Shown here: piece by piece, positions 29,058 through 38,218 of the stretch
Numbering within the stretch: the stretch's first letter is position 1
Layout: each line of letters opens with the position of its first letter
Source: Bacteriovoracia bacterium
Lineage (GTDB): Bacteria; Bdellovibrionota; UBA1018; JBFWNL01
DNA: 64,000 bases
Reading direction: 5' to 3'
NCBI GenBank assembly: GCA_050251055.1
Contig: JBFWNL010000008.1
Location: 124,808-188,807, forward strand
The notes under the pieces: generated by a model
What the model saw: only the letters and a program-made list of their open reading frames with translations
Database searches by the model: none
Told to the model about the DNA's origin: nothing
Program-made: the position numbers and the translations under genes

Positions 29058-29609
29058 GTGAACTCCAACGACGATACCGATCGTTTCCTACGGGAAGCCA
29101 TTGGCGAAAAAGTGAAAGCAAGCGCGACCGGCGGCCCCGTTCCGTCGCCCTATTTAAAAACGCGCGTGCTGGCGCGAATCGCAGAAACCGAGCGCGCGCG
29201 CCGAACCTCGGGCGCGTGGCGAAGATTGGCGCTGGCCACCTCCACGGCCGCGGTGCTGGCGGTCTCGTGGCTTTCCTACCAAACCTTAAAGCCAAAGCCG
29301 GACTTCGTGGCCAACGTCGAACAGGTCGTGATCATCCGCGTGGCGGTCGAAGACCTACAACACCAACCCATCGCAAAAGCGCGGATCGAGCTCGACGAAG
29401 GCGTACAATTTTATTCCGAAGGCATGCCGGCCGTGGAAACCCAGCGCTTCCTGCAACTCGCGTGGAACGCAGAGTTGATCGGCAGCCATCTGCCGATCGT
29501 GGTCACGGCCAAGAAATCGGGCGCGCGCCAGGTCCACGTTCGCTTTTTCGACGAGGCAGGTACCCAGCTTGCGGAAAAAACTATTCGGGTCCAATTCAAG
29601 AAGGGATGA
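29058..29609 (+). CDS. putative anti-sigma factor A (single TM, periplasmic beta domain)
   Basis: PSPYLKTRVLARI cytoplasmic helix, then TM and beta-rich C-terminus; paralogue of 30666-31223; near the ECF gene. Confidence 0.65.
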   Translation: MNSNDDTDRFLREAIGEKVKASATGGPVPSPYLKTRVLARIAETERARRTSGAWRRLALATSTAAVLAVSWLSYQTLKPKPDFVANVEQVVIIRVAVEDLQHQPIAKARIELDEGVQFYSEGMPAVETQRFLQLAWNAELIGSHLPIVVTAKKSGARQVHVRFFDEAGTQLAEKTIRVQFKKG

Positions 29610-29998
29610 TGAGAATGGATCGCACCAAATGGCTTTGGCCCATGATGATTGTCGCCAGCTCACTTTCAACGATGGCGCTCACCTTCGGACAAGATATCTA
29701 CTCACAGCTGGTACTGAAGACGGGACCCGCATCGGTTTCAGCTTCGGGAGAAACCACGGCTAAGTCGACCAAAGCGACCCAAGCCGCCCGCGATGCCGCC
29801 GCCGGCACCTTAGCGAGCGTGGCCCGCGCCGAACGTACGCGCGCGCTACAGGACCGAATTCGCACGCAGAGCGCCCAGGAGCTGACCACGGCCACGTTGG
29901 CGGCACGGCAATCCGAGCGCCAGCAAGCGCGCCTGGAACAGACGGAGCGCAGTCCGGGCCGCCAGAGCGTGGAAGCGATTTCAAACCGTCGGCGCTAA
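29606..29998 (+). CDS. small secreted/membrane-anchored Ala/Arg-rich protein
   Basis: ATGA overlap with the upstream stop; hydrophobic N-terminus. Confidence 0.6.
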   Translation: MMRMDRTKWLWPMMIVASSLSTMALTFGQDIYSQLVLKTGPASVSASGETTAKSTKATQAARDAAAGTLASVARAERTRALQDRIRTQSAQELTTATLAARQSERQQARLEQTERSPGRQSVEAISNRRR

Positions 29999-30020
29999 GG
30001 CACCGGGGGTAAGGGGGAGC

Positions 30021-30641
30021 ATGAAGGGCACGGAAGAAAAAAGACGAGTCGTGGATCCGCCACTAATGGCCGCCATCGCCGCCGCCCGCCAAGGGGATCA
30101 GTCCGCCTTTGGTGAGGTGATCGAGCTTTCGCAAACGCGGCTCTTTCGTTTCCTCGTCTATCTTTGCGGCAAACCCGACCTCGCCCAGGACCTGGCGCAA
30201 GAGACGTACGTCAAGCTTTGGAACAATCTCAAGAAGCTAAAGGAGCCGGAAAAGTTCTGGAGCTGGCTATTTAAAATGGCGAAAAATCTTTTCATCGACC
30301 ATGTGCGCGCCGCTAAGAACTCCGATAGCTACACCCCGATCGAAGAAGCCGATCACCTACTCACCGATCTTTCGGCTGGGCAGCGCGACGTGACCCTCGA
30401 AATTCAAACCGTGCTCGCGCAGCTGAAACCTGAGGAACGCTCCTTGATCCTGCTCATTTACTTCGAGGAGCACACCTGCGCCGAAGTAGCCGATATTCTG
30501 GGAATCAGCGAGAATGCGGTATGGACTCGGCTGCACCGCGTACGGCAGGAGTTCGAGTCTAAATATTCAAAGTCACAGCTAATTAAAAATCAGGAAAGGA
30601 TCAGCAAGCGTCCCACGTCTGGCTCCATGGGAGGAGATTAG
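30021..30641 (+). CDS. ECF family RNA polymerase sigma-70 factor
   Basis: region 2 GDQSAF...AQDLAQETYVKLW...FWSWLFKMAKNLFIDHVR; region 4 EVADILGISENAVWTRLHRVR. Confidence 0.93.
   Translation: MKGTEEKRRVVDPPLMAAIAAARQGDQSAFGEVIELSQTRLFRFLVYLCGKPDLAQDLAQETYVKLWNNLKKLKEPEKFWSWLFKMAKNLFIDHVRAAKNSDSYTPIEEADHLLTDLSAGQRDVTLEIQTVLAQLKPEERSLILLIYFEEHTCAEVADILGISENAVWTRLHRVRQEFESKYSKSQLIKNQERISKRPTSGSMGGD
30594..30623 (+). promoter_or_regulatory. putative ECF sigma promoter, copy 3 (inside the 3' end of the sigma gene)
   Basis: GAAAGGA-N15-CGTCTGGC before ATG 30666. Confidence 0.65.
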
Positions 30642-30665
30642 GGATAACGGCATGAAGGAATAATC

Positions 30666-31223
30666 ATGGATCTGCAGAAGATAGACACGGAAGCATATTT
30701 CAAGCGTGAATTCTCGGCGCTGTTCGCGCAAGGGCGCGCCATTGCCTTTTCGCCGCCTCCCTACCTCAAAGCCCGAGTGATGGCGCGATTGCCGGAGCAG
30801 ACAATCCAGGCTACCGCCCTACGCTGGAAGTGGATCACCGCGTTCAGTAGCGCTACGGCGCTCCTAGCCATGCTCTGGATTAGCTTCACCCAACGAGCAC
30901 CACGGGCGGACTTCGTTGCCCAGCTCGGGGATGTGGTCACCGTGCGGGTAGCCGTCAACGAGCTGGAACACCTCTCCATCCAGCGTGCGCGCGTGGAGCT
31001 GGAAGGCGATTTACGTTTCTACTCCCAGTCGCTGCCCGAGATCGAAGCTCGACGTTTTTTGGAACTCGCGTGGAATTCCCAAATGATTGGCTCGCATTTA
31101 CCGATCTTGGTGAGCGCGGCTTCGACCGGCAGCAAGCGCGTGACTATTCGTTTCTATGATGAAAAAGGCCAGGAAGTGGCCCTGAAAACCTTGGACGTCG
31201 AGTTCAAGAAAGCGGTGATATAG
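30666..31223 (+). CDS. putative anti-sigma factor B
   Basis: PPPYLKARVMARL, TM, RFLELAWNSQMIGSHLPI; directly downstream of the ECF gene. Confidence 0.7.
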   Translation: MDLQKIDTEAYFKREFSALFAQGRAIAFSPPPYLKARVMARLPEQTIQATALRWKWITAFSSATALLAMLWISFTQRAPRADFVAQLGDVVTVRVAVNELEHLSIQRARVELEGDLRFYSQSLPEIEARRFLELAWNSQMIGSHLPILVSAASTGSKRVTIRFYDEKGQEVALKTLDVEFKKAVI

Positions 31224-31586
31224 ATGAAAAATTTATTATTGATGGTGTTTCTGCTCCTTGGTTTAGGCGCTACGATCACACGCGCGGACAGCTTTGAAGC
31301 TGCAAAAAAGGGCCAAGTCAAAGGCGACGACGCCGAAAAATTCGACCAAGTACTGCAGCAGCTCGTCCTCACAGGAAACCCCGGCACCGGTGCACGCCCG
31401 ACGGCAACACCTAACCCGGCCAAGCCTGGGAAACCCGACAGTGCCGTGGCCAGCGCGCGCGACAAGAAAGCTCCGGCGGATCCGCGCGCGGCGGCGGCGT
31501 TAGCTAACCGCGCTCCGAAACCGGGTACTGCCCCTGGAACCGGGACCGTGAATACGCCCGGCGCGATTCCGGCGCGAAAGAAATAG
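31224..31586 (+). CDS. small secreted Pro/Ala-rich protein
   Basis: ATG abuts the upstream stop; signal peptide ending TRA. Confidence 0.7.
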   Translation: MKNLLLMVFLLLGLGATITRADSFEAAKKGQVKGDDAEKFDQVLQQLVLTGNPGTGARPTATPNPAKPGKPDSAVASARDKKAPADPRAAAALANRAPKPGTAPGTGTVNTPGAIPARKK

Positions 31587-31615
31587 GCTCAACACAAGCC
31601 CAAAAACGCTTTGGC

Positions 31616-32770
31616 TTATTTGGAAGTGGGATAGTACCCGGGCTGGCTGAAGAATGGGCCGTTAAACGGGGCGCTCACCGAAGCGAACGGCGTCGGGTTG
31701 ATTTCCGTGAGGGAAGACAAAATCTCGTAGGTCCGAAGCGCCAAATCCGCCGCCGACGTGTTTTGGGTGATTAGCCAACGTCCATCCGAGGAAATCGCCC
31801 GGAGCTCTCCCACCGCATAACAGTTGGCCTGGGTCAGGGTGCCGGCTTCTTCGTCCAAGCGATAAAAGCAAGGGTTCGTGCCGGTGACGGAAACCCGGTG
31901 GTCCAAAGGCGAAGTGAAGAGCGGAGTCGTGTTAAAATTCACGTTCGTGGTTCCCGTAAATGTTCCCGTCGATACCGCTTGAAACGTGCAGCCATTACTG
32001 CAGTAACGATAACTCGTGACCTCAATTCCAGCGGGAAAGGTGGCCAGCTTATAGTGCAGCATGTGCTGAGCGTCCGCCGAAAAATCCACCTGTAAATTGC
32101 CGAAAGCGCCTCCCGCGGTCAGTGACAAAACCGGATTCGGATCGAAAGCATCGGTGACCCAAAGTTTATAGAGGGTGGTCGAACCCGCGTTCGGCCCAAT
32201 CGAGGCGAACAAGGATCCCCCATCCCCAATGGAAGGGGGCACCAGGCGGGTGGTCGTACGACCGGTGTTTTCGGCTAACCGAGTGAGCGCCCCACTCGAT
32301 GTATTCAGCCGAAAAACAAATTCTCGAGCGCCTCCGACGATCACCAATCCGCTTTCCCCGGAAGCCGACAAAGAAGTATCCACCCCGATCCCCGGCGGGA
32401 CGAATAGATCTTTTCCGTCTACTTCCGAAATCGCCGCGCCGTTGACGCCAATCTCCCAAGCCACCAGTCGGCTCGGAACCGAACCCACCGTCGCACCTTC
32501 ACAAACGGTGAGCACGAATCGGCCAGCCGTGGTCACTGCGCGCACCGTACAACCGCTGATATCAAACGGAGACCCAGAAAGGGCGGTGAGCGCGCCCGTG
32601 GAGAGCTGCAAACGGTAGATCGCGACTCGATCCAACCCCCCCGGCGATACCCCCGTATGAGCACCCGCCGCAACCAGATCGCCCCCTTGAACGGGACGAC
32701 GGAACTGGGCGCAGGCGCTAAACGCCAGAATCGAACCTAAAATTAAACATGGTAGGCGGAAAAGCCTCAC
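31616..32770 (-). CDS. beta-propeller (lactonase-like) lipoprotein
   Basis: start moved to GTG 32770; lipobox FSAC; repeated xGALT blade motifs (STGALTALSGSPF, SSGALT, EAGTLT). Confidence 0.6.
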   Translation of the reverse strand: MRLFRLPCLILGSILAFSACAQFRRPVQGGDLVAAGAHTGVSPGGLDRVAIYRLQLSTGALTALSGSPFDISGCTVRAVTTAGRFVLTVCEGATVGSVPSRLVAWEIGVNGAAISEVDGKDLFVPPGIGVDTSLSASGESGLVIVGGAREFVFRLNTSSGALTRLAENTGRTTTRLVPPSIGDGGSLFASIGPNAGSTTLYKLWVTDAFDPNPVLSLTAGGAFGNLQVDFSADAQHMLHYKLATFPAGIEVTSYRYCSNGCTFQAVSTGTFTGTTNVNFNTTPLFTSPLDHRVSVTGTNPCFYRLDEEAGTLTQANCYAVGELRAISSDGRWLITQNTSAADLALRTYEILSSLTEINPTPFASVSAPFNGPFFSQPGYYPTSK

Positions 32771-32813
32771 GTCGGTACGATAGCACCGGCCGCCGGGCCG
32801 AAGAACCGGAAAA

Positions 32814-34172
32814 TCAAGGAACGACTTCAAGAATGCCGTGCTGAATGAGCGGAAACGCGGGCGTCTCCAGGAAGATCGGATCGTACTCGAACTGCAGCTC
32901 GCCCACGGCAAAGAGCGAGACTTCGGCGACTACGACCCCCTTAAAGGGCCCATAGTAACGGCTATGCACCTGCGGCGCGTTCAGAAGTACGTGCTCATAC
33001 CCAATGTTGACGCGGGTACGAGTCGTCCCGGCGGGGTCAACATAGGTAACGTAACTGTAACTCTGTCCGGGGGTAGCCGCGTCCACCAGATCGGCGCCAA
33101 GGCGCTGCGCTTCGGCCAGTACTGACTGCGACTTTTCCAAGATCGTGCCCGGGCCGCGCGTCGGCGCCATGTGGGCGTAGGGGTAACTGACTAACCGATT
33201 CTCCAGGCTTGCGTAATCAAACCCCATGACGATCGCCTTGGCGCTCGTGATCTGCAGGTTCGAACCGTCGTTTTGGTATTGGATTTTTCCCTGGATGAAT
33301 ACCGTATCCGACGCGTAAATGCGGCAGCCGCCCGGACCGCTGGCGAGGAGCAAATCGCGCAAAAAGAGCGTGCCTTTAATGATCAGATCGCCTTCACAAT
33401 AAAACACGGATCCCGTTTGGTTACGGTAGTAGGCGTTCGTTCCGGAGCCCACGAGCTCAAGACCCGCCAGCCCCGTGGTCCAGTCTGGCCGAAAAGCATA
33501 GGCCTGATCGGCGGGGCTAGATCCCACCGCGGGATCGAGGGCCAGGATCTGAGCGCGCGTAGGCGCGCCGATGTAAAGCGCACTGACTTCCAAAAGCGGA
33601 GGAAGGCCATCCAAGGGAGACACCACGCGCGACATCGCTGGTCGAAGCTGGTGCCCCCAGGCGCCGTAAGTAGGTGCGTAGTAGTCGTTGGACATGAAGC
33701 TCATTAATGAAAGCGGGGCCACGGTGGGCTCGCCCGGCTTGGTCATCGACTGCAGCACAAGCGGATCGGAAATCGTGGCACGAGGGATCACGACGCTGCC
33801 TTCGATCTTGCTCACGTAGGAAGGTAGGCTTCCGGGATACGCGGGTTTGGTTCCGTCGGCGGGGGTCCAACCGTGATACGGATTTCCATAGTAGTCAGAA
33901 CCCAAGCCGTACTGATGGGCGCCCATGAACCAGGGATCGCCGTACCCGAAATCGGTGATAACGTTCGCTTTCACATCGGCGTGACACATCAAGCAGGAAA
34001 TGCCGCGTACCGCGAGCACGGGCCGCAGACGGCGCAGGACTTCGTCTACCGGGCCGGTAACCGAAACGCCCGGGGGGGAATTCTGGGGAAAACTCACGAC
34101 GGGAATGCCGGCCGTGCAGCCAGTTGCCAGGGCCAACAAAAGACACGCGCCCACGATTTTATGCGACTTCAA
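32814..34172 (-). CDS. lipoprotein with a single CXXCH motif, function unknown
   Basis: TTG start with GAGGAGG RBS; lipobox ATGC; RGISCLMCHADVKANVITDFG. Confidence 0.7.
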   Translation of the reverse strand: MKSHKIVGACLLLALATGCTAGIPVVSFPQNSPPGVSVTGPVDEVLRRLRPVLAVRGISCLMCHADVKANVITDFGYGDPWFMGAHQYGLGSDYYGNPYHGWTPADGTKPAYPGSLPSYVSKIEGSVVIPRATISDPLVLQSMTKPGEPTVAPLSLMSFMSNDYYAPTYGAWGHQLRPAMSRVVSPLDGLPPLLEVSALYIGAPTRAQILALDPAVGSSPADQAYAFRPDWTTGLAGLELVGSGTNAYYRNQTGSVFYCEGDLIIKGTLFLRDLLLASGPGGCRIYASDTVFIQGKIQYQNDGSNLQITSAKAIVMGFDYASLENRLVSYPYAHMAPTRGPGTILEKSQSVLAEAQRLGADLVDAATPGQSYSYVTYVDPAGTTRTRVNIGYEHVLLNAPQVHSRYYGPFKGVVVAEVSLFAVGELQFEYDPIFLETPAFPLIQHGILEVVP

Positions 34173-34205
34173 AGTTGCCTCCTCACACTCTCAAGGAGGA
34201 AGGAT

Positions 34206-34221
34206 TGCAAGACCAAAGCCG
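34206..34221 (-). promoter_or_regulatory. possible sigma-54 promoter
   Basis: CGGCTTTGGTCTTGCA (GG-N10-GC with TTGCA) upstream of 34172. Confidence 0.45.
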
Positions 34222-34343
34222 ATTAAAACCGAATCCCGGGGAGCGCAGAGAACATTATAGCGTGCGAAAAACACGACCCTCTGCCAGATGCTTGAATAGC
34301 TGTCTAAAAGTTCGACAGTTCCTGCGGGCTCGGGAGAAGCTGC

Positions 34344-35417
34344 TTAGAGCGTCGTGCGGAATTTCCTCAAACCCACCGTAAGGGTAGCGGCTCCGATCAG
34401 CGCCAAGGGTATCAAGTGATGAAAAAAGAAAGTCAGGCTTCCCGCTTTCAGCAAGATGTTCCGTAGCAGCGCCACGAAGTGGGTCAACGGATTGAGCTGG
34501 GCCAAAGCGTAGATGGGGCCGGGCATGTTCTCCAACGGAAACATCAGACCCGATAGCAATACCGATGGAAACAAAAACAGGAATCCCCCCAACATTGCCT
34601 GTTGCTGGTTACGCGCAAAGGTCGAAATCACTAGCCCAATGGAAACCGTCGTCGCGATGAAGACGAATCCAGCCACCGCGAACAGAAGCAAGGGCCCTCG
34701 AAACGGAACCCCGAATCCGAAGACGGCCACCATGAGGACAAGCGGCAACTGCACCGTGCCTAGGGTCAAGAAAGGGAGGGTTTTTCCCACGACGATTTCC
34801 CACGGCTTCACGGGCGCGGAGATCAGCGTTTCTAGCGTGCCCACCTCGCGCTCACGCGCGAGCGACATGCTGGTGAGTAGGATCGTTACGATACAAACGA
34901 GCATGCACATCACCCCGGGAACCATGTAGACGCTGGTTTCGAGGGTTGGATTATAGAGCACACGCACATCGAAGCGGATCGGAGGCGGACGAGAGCCCGC
35001 GGATTGATCGGCCTCTACTCGGCGAATGATCGACAGCAGGTAGTTCTCCGCCGCCTGCGCGCGAATGACATTCTGCGCATTCACTAACAGCTGGATATCG
35101 GGGTTTCCCTTTGCACGGACCAAAACCACGTCGGCTTGGCCACGCTGAATCCAATCATAGGGCTCGGTACCAGTGATAGCGGCGGGGCGAAACCAGCCCG
35201 AAGCGATGCTTTCGTCGTAGATTCTACGCATTTCGGCATCGTAAGGGGCGTGGAGGCTGGCTAGACGTACGTTTTTCACTTCGTTCGAGATGGCGACGCC
35301 GAAGAGCGTCAGCTGCATGATCGGGGCTACGAATAAAACGATGCGCATGCGTGGATCACGCAACGTTTGGCGTAGTTCCTTTCGAAGAAATCCAACCAAG
35401 GTGGGATTGATCTTCAT
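34344..35417 (-). CDS. ABC-2 transporter permease (YbhR-like)
   Basis: KELRQTLRD, LYNP, AREREVGTLETL and LLSGLMFPLENMP motifs. Confidence 0.9.
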   Translation of the reverse strand: MKINPTLVGFLRKELRQTLRDPRMRIVLFVAPIMQLTLFGVAISNEVKNVRLASLHAPYDAEMRRIYDESIASGWFRPAAITGTEPYDWIQRGQADVVLVRAKGNPDIQLLVNAQNVIRAQAAENYLLSIIRRVEADQSAGSRPPPIRFDVRVLYNPTLETSVYMVPGVMCMLVCIVTILLTSMSLAREREVGTLETLISAPVKPWEIVVGKTLPFLTLGTVQLPLVLMVAVFGFGVPFRGPLLLFAVAGFVFIATTVSIGLVISTFARNQQQAMLGGFLFLFPSVLLSGLMFPLENMPGPIYALAQLNPLTHFVALLRNILLKAGSLTFFFHHLIPLALIGAATLTVGLRKFRTTL

Positions 35418-36556
35418 GGCTCCACATCCTTCTTAAATCGGCGGACGGAAAGCGCAATGAGGACCGTGGCGATGACGGCGAGCGCAAAGAAGGGACCGCG
35501 CAGGGTCCAAAGCGACGACCCCTGCAAAAAACTATCGCGCGCAATCGTCATGAACCACCGCGCGGGCAAGATCATCGTGAAGTACTGAAAGAAAGTCGGC
35601 ATGCTTTCCACCGGAAAAATGAACCCGGATAAGAGCTGCGACGGCAACAACCCCGTGAGCATGGCGAATTGCATGGCGAGTGTCTGCTTGCGGGTCGCGA
35701 CTGAAATCAACAGCCCTTGCGCGAGATAAGTCACCAAAAATAAGATTACGCCCAAGAGGAAAACCAGGTGATTCCCTTGAAAAGGCACGCCAAACACCCA
35801 GCGGGCCATGAAGTAGACGATCGTAACCGCGGCCAATCCAAGCGCCGCATACGGGCTGAGCTTTCCCAGGATGACCTCGAGCGGCCGCACCGGCGTGGAC
35901 AGCAGCAGCTCCATTGACCCGTTTTCCCACTCGCGAGCGACGGTCAACGCCGTGAGCAGGATCGACAGGATCGACATCACCACGACCACTAGGCCCGGCA
36001 CCACGAACCAGCGGGAAGAAAGCTCCGGATTATAGAGAAAACGGGTATGCACCGGAATCGCGGGGGCGGCCCCTTCGACTCCGGCGACCGCTGCTCCCAC
36101 CATTCTTTGGGCGGAACGCCGCTGGATTTCGCGAAGGTATCCCGTCACCGAGCCCACGACGGTGCCGTCGGCGCCGTCGATCAACACCTGGACGTCCGCC
36201 CCCCTTCCCGAGATCACATCGCGCTCGAACTGGGGCGGAATCACGATCAAGGCTCGTGCGTCTTCCGCTTCCACGGCGCGCAGTCCGGCGTCGGGCGTTT
36301 CAACCGCCGCCATGCGAAAGTAGTCAGAGCTACCGAAGGTTTCCACCACCGCTCGCGACCCCTGGGTGCGATCGCTATCCAGGTAGGCCGTCGGAATACG
36401 AGTGAGGTTGAACTCAATGGCGAAGCCGAAAATCAGTACCACGAGCATAGGTAAAATCGTGCTCAGTGCGATGGTGAACGGATCGCGCGCAATGTGGGCG
36501 ATTTCCTTGCGCGCGATGGCGGCCGCACGGCTCCAACGAAAACCCTCGGCGCTCAT
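35414..36556 (-). CDS. ABC-2 transporter permease (YbhS-like)
   Basis: KEIAHIARD, YNPEL, AREWENGSMELLL and LLSGFIFPVESMP motifs. Confidence 0.9.
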   Translation of the reverse strand: MSAEGFRWSRAAAIARKEIAHIARDPFTIALSTILPMLVVLIFGFAIEFNLTRIPTAYLDSDRTQGSRAVVETFGSSDYFRMAAVETPDAGLRAVEAEDARALIVIPPQFERDVISGRGADVQVLIDGADGTVVGSVTGYLREIQRRSAQRMVGAAVAGVEGAAPAIPVHTRFLYNPELSSRWFVVPGLVVVVMSILSILLTALTVAREWENGSMELLLSTPVRPLEVILGKLSPYAALGLAAVTIVYFMARWVFGVPFQGNHLVFLLGVILFLVTYLAQGLLISVATRKQTLAMQFAMLTGLLPSQLLSGFIFPVESMPTFFQYFTMILPARWFMTIARDSFLQGSSLWTLRGPFFALAVIATVLIALSVRRFKKDVEP

Positions 36557-37473
36557 CGTTGGCTTCCTTCCACCAAGCGGATAAATACGTCCTCCAACGT
36601 CGGCCGAATCTCGCGAACCAGGAAGTCCCGGCCCAACTCACGCTTGATCCCGCCCCCGTCAACTTCGGCGGATAGCTCGGCATGGAAGCGCATGCCGTAG
36701 GGCTGGAAGAGCGTAAAACGGGGATCGTTCTTGAGACGCCGTGCTACCTCCCGGGCGGAGTCGGACTGCGGATCGAGTTGCAACAGGCCCCGGGGAAACA
36801 CCTGGAGCTTCAACGCTTCCGGCCGATCTAGCGCGATGAGTTCGCCCGATCGCATGAGCGCGATCCGACCGCATTGCTCCGCTTCGTCCATGTAGTGGGT
36901 CGTGACGAAAACCGTTCGCCCCTGGTTGGCTAACTCGCGGATCAGCTCCCAGAAGCGCGCGCGATAGGCGGGCGTGACGCCGGCCGTAGGCTCATCGAGG
37001 AAGACTACCTCGGGGTCGTGAATGAGCGAAGCCACGAGGGAAACCTGCTGCTTGATCCCGCCCGGCAGATCGCGAACTAGAGTGTCGAATCCGGATTGGA
37101 AATCGATGAACTTCAAAAGCTCGGTGCGCCGCTGATTGAATTCGGCGGTATCGAGCTTGCGCAGCCGAGCGGTGAACGCGAGATTTTCTTCCACGGTCAG
37201 ATCATCGTAGAGCGTGAATTTTTGGGACATATATCCGACCTTGCTCTTGAGCCGCAGTCCCCCATCGGAGAATCCCTCGCCCGCGACTTCCACCCGTCCC
37301 GCGCTGGGCACGAGTAGTCCACACAAAACCCGGATGGTCGTCGTCTTCCCGGCTCCGTTCGCGCCCAAAAACCCGAAGATCTCTCCCGGGGCGACCTCGA
37401 AGCTCACGTGCTTCACCGCGTAGAACTCTCCGAAGCGAACGGAGAGATCGTTTACCTTAACCGCCGTTTTCAC
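36553..37473 (-). CDS. ABC transporter ATP-binding protein
   Basis: Walker A GANGAGKTT, signature LPGG, Walker B FLDEPT and TTHYMDEAE; probable GTG start at 37473. Confidence 0.92.
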   Translation of the reverse strand: MKTAVKVNDLSVRFGEFYAVKHVSFEVAPGEIFGFLGANGAGKTTTIRVLCGLLVPSAGRVEVAGEGFSDGGLRLKSKVGYMSQKFTLYDDLTVEENLAFTARLRKLDTAEFNQRRTELLKFIDFQSGFDTLVRDLPGGIKQQVSLVASLIHDPEVVFLDEPTAGVTPAYRARFWELIRELANQGRTVFVTTHYMDEAEQCGRIALMRSGELIALDRPEALKLQVFPRGLLQLDPQSDSAREVARRLKNDPRFTLFQPYGMRFHAELSAEVDGGGIKRELGRDFLVREIRPTLEDVFIRLVEGSQR

Positions 37474-38218
37474 GGGACCTCCGCAAAAAATACTCATCGA
37501 ACGAGCTCACCCCAGCCTCTTCGAGGAGTTGCTTGGGTTCCCCACTCGCCAGGGAACGACCGGCGTTTACGAGGTGAACGCGTGCGCAGCGCTCGGCCTC
37601 GTCCATGTAGGCGGTAGCGACCAAGATCAGCATCCCTTGCCCGGATAACTCGTACAAAAGCTCCCAAAACTCGCGTCGACTGATCGGGTCGACGCCGTTG
37701 GTAGGCTCGTCCAATAGGAGTACCGACGGCGACGCGAGTAGCGCGCACATGAGGCCGAGCTTTTTATACATCCCGCCGGAAAGCTTGCCCGCCGGCCGAT
37801 CGACGAATTTTCCCAGGCGCGTGATCTCCAGCAGGCGCTCGCGCTTTCGGGCAAATTCGGCGTCATCCAGGCGATAGAGGGACCGAAAAAAATCCAAGTG
37901 CTCGCCGATGGAGAGATCCGGATACAAGCTCTGCTGTTGGGGCATGTAGGCGATCCGGGCGCGGACATCATCGAAGGCGAGCGCACGGCCATCTTCACGA
38001 TACGCTACGGTGCCCGCGTCGGCCCGTAATAGACCCACCAGGTGACGAAACAGCGTAGTTTTCCCGGCACCCTCCGGGCCGATCACTCCGTGCATGAGCC
38101 CCGCATCAAATCGCAGATTCAGTCCGCGCAACGCGTCCGTTTTCCCCAAGCGCTTGCGGAGGTCAGTCACCTCCAGTTCGATCAAGCTAGGCGTGTGAGA
38201 CGGGACCGATGACATCAT
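37457..38218 (-). CDS. ABC transporter ATP-binding protein
   Basis: GPEGAGKTT, LSGGM, LLDEPT and TAYMDEAE motifs (equivalent to the first half of YbhF). Confidence 0.92.
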   Translation of the reverse strand: MMSSVPSHTPSLIELEVTDLRKRLGKTDALRGLNLRFDAGLMHGVIGPEGAGKTTLFRHLVGLLRADAGTVAYREDGRALAFDDVRARIAYMPQQQSLYPDLSIGEHLDFFRSLYRLDDAEFARKRERLLEITRLGKFVDRPAGKLSGGMYKKLGLMCALLASPSVLLLDEPTNGVDPISRREFWELLYELSGQGMLILVATAYMDEAERCARVHLVNAGRSLASGEPKQLLEEAGVSSFDEYFLRRSRENGG

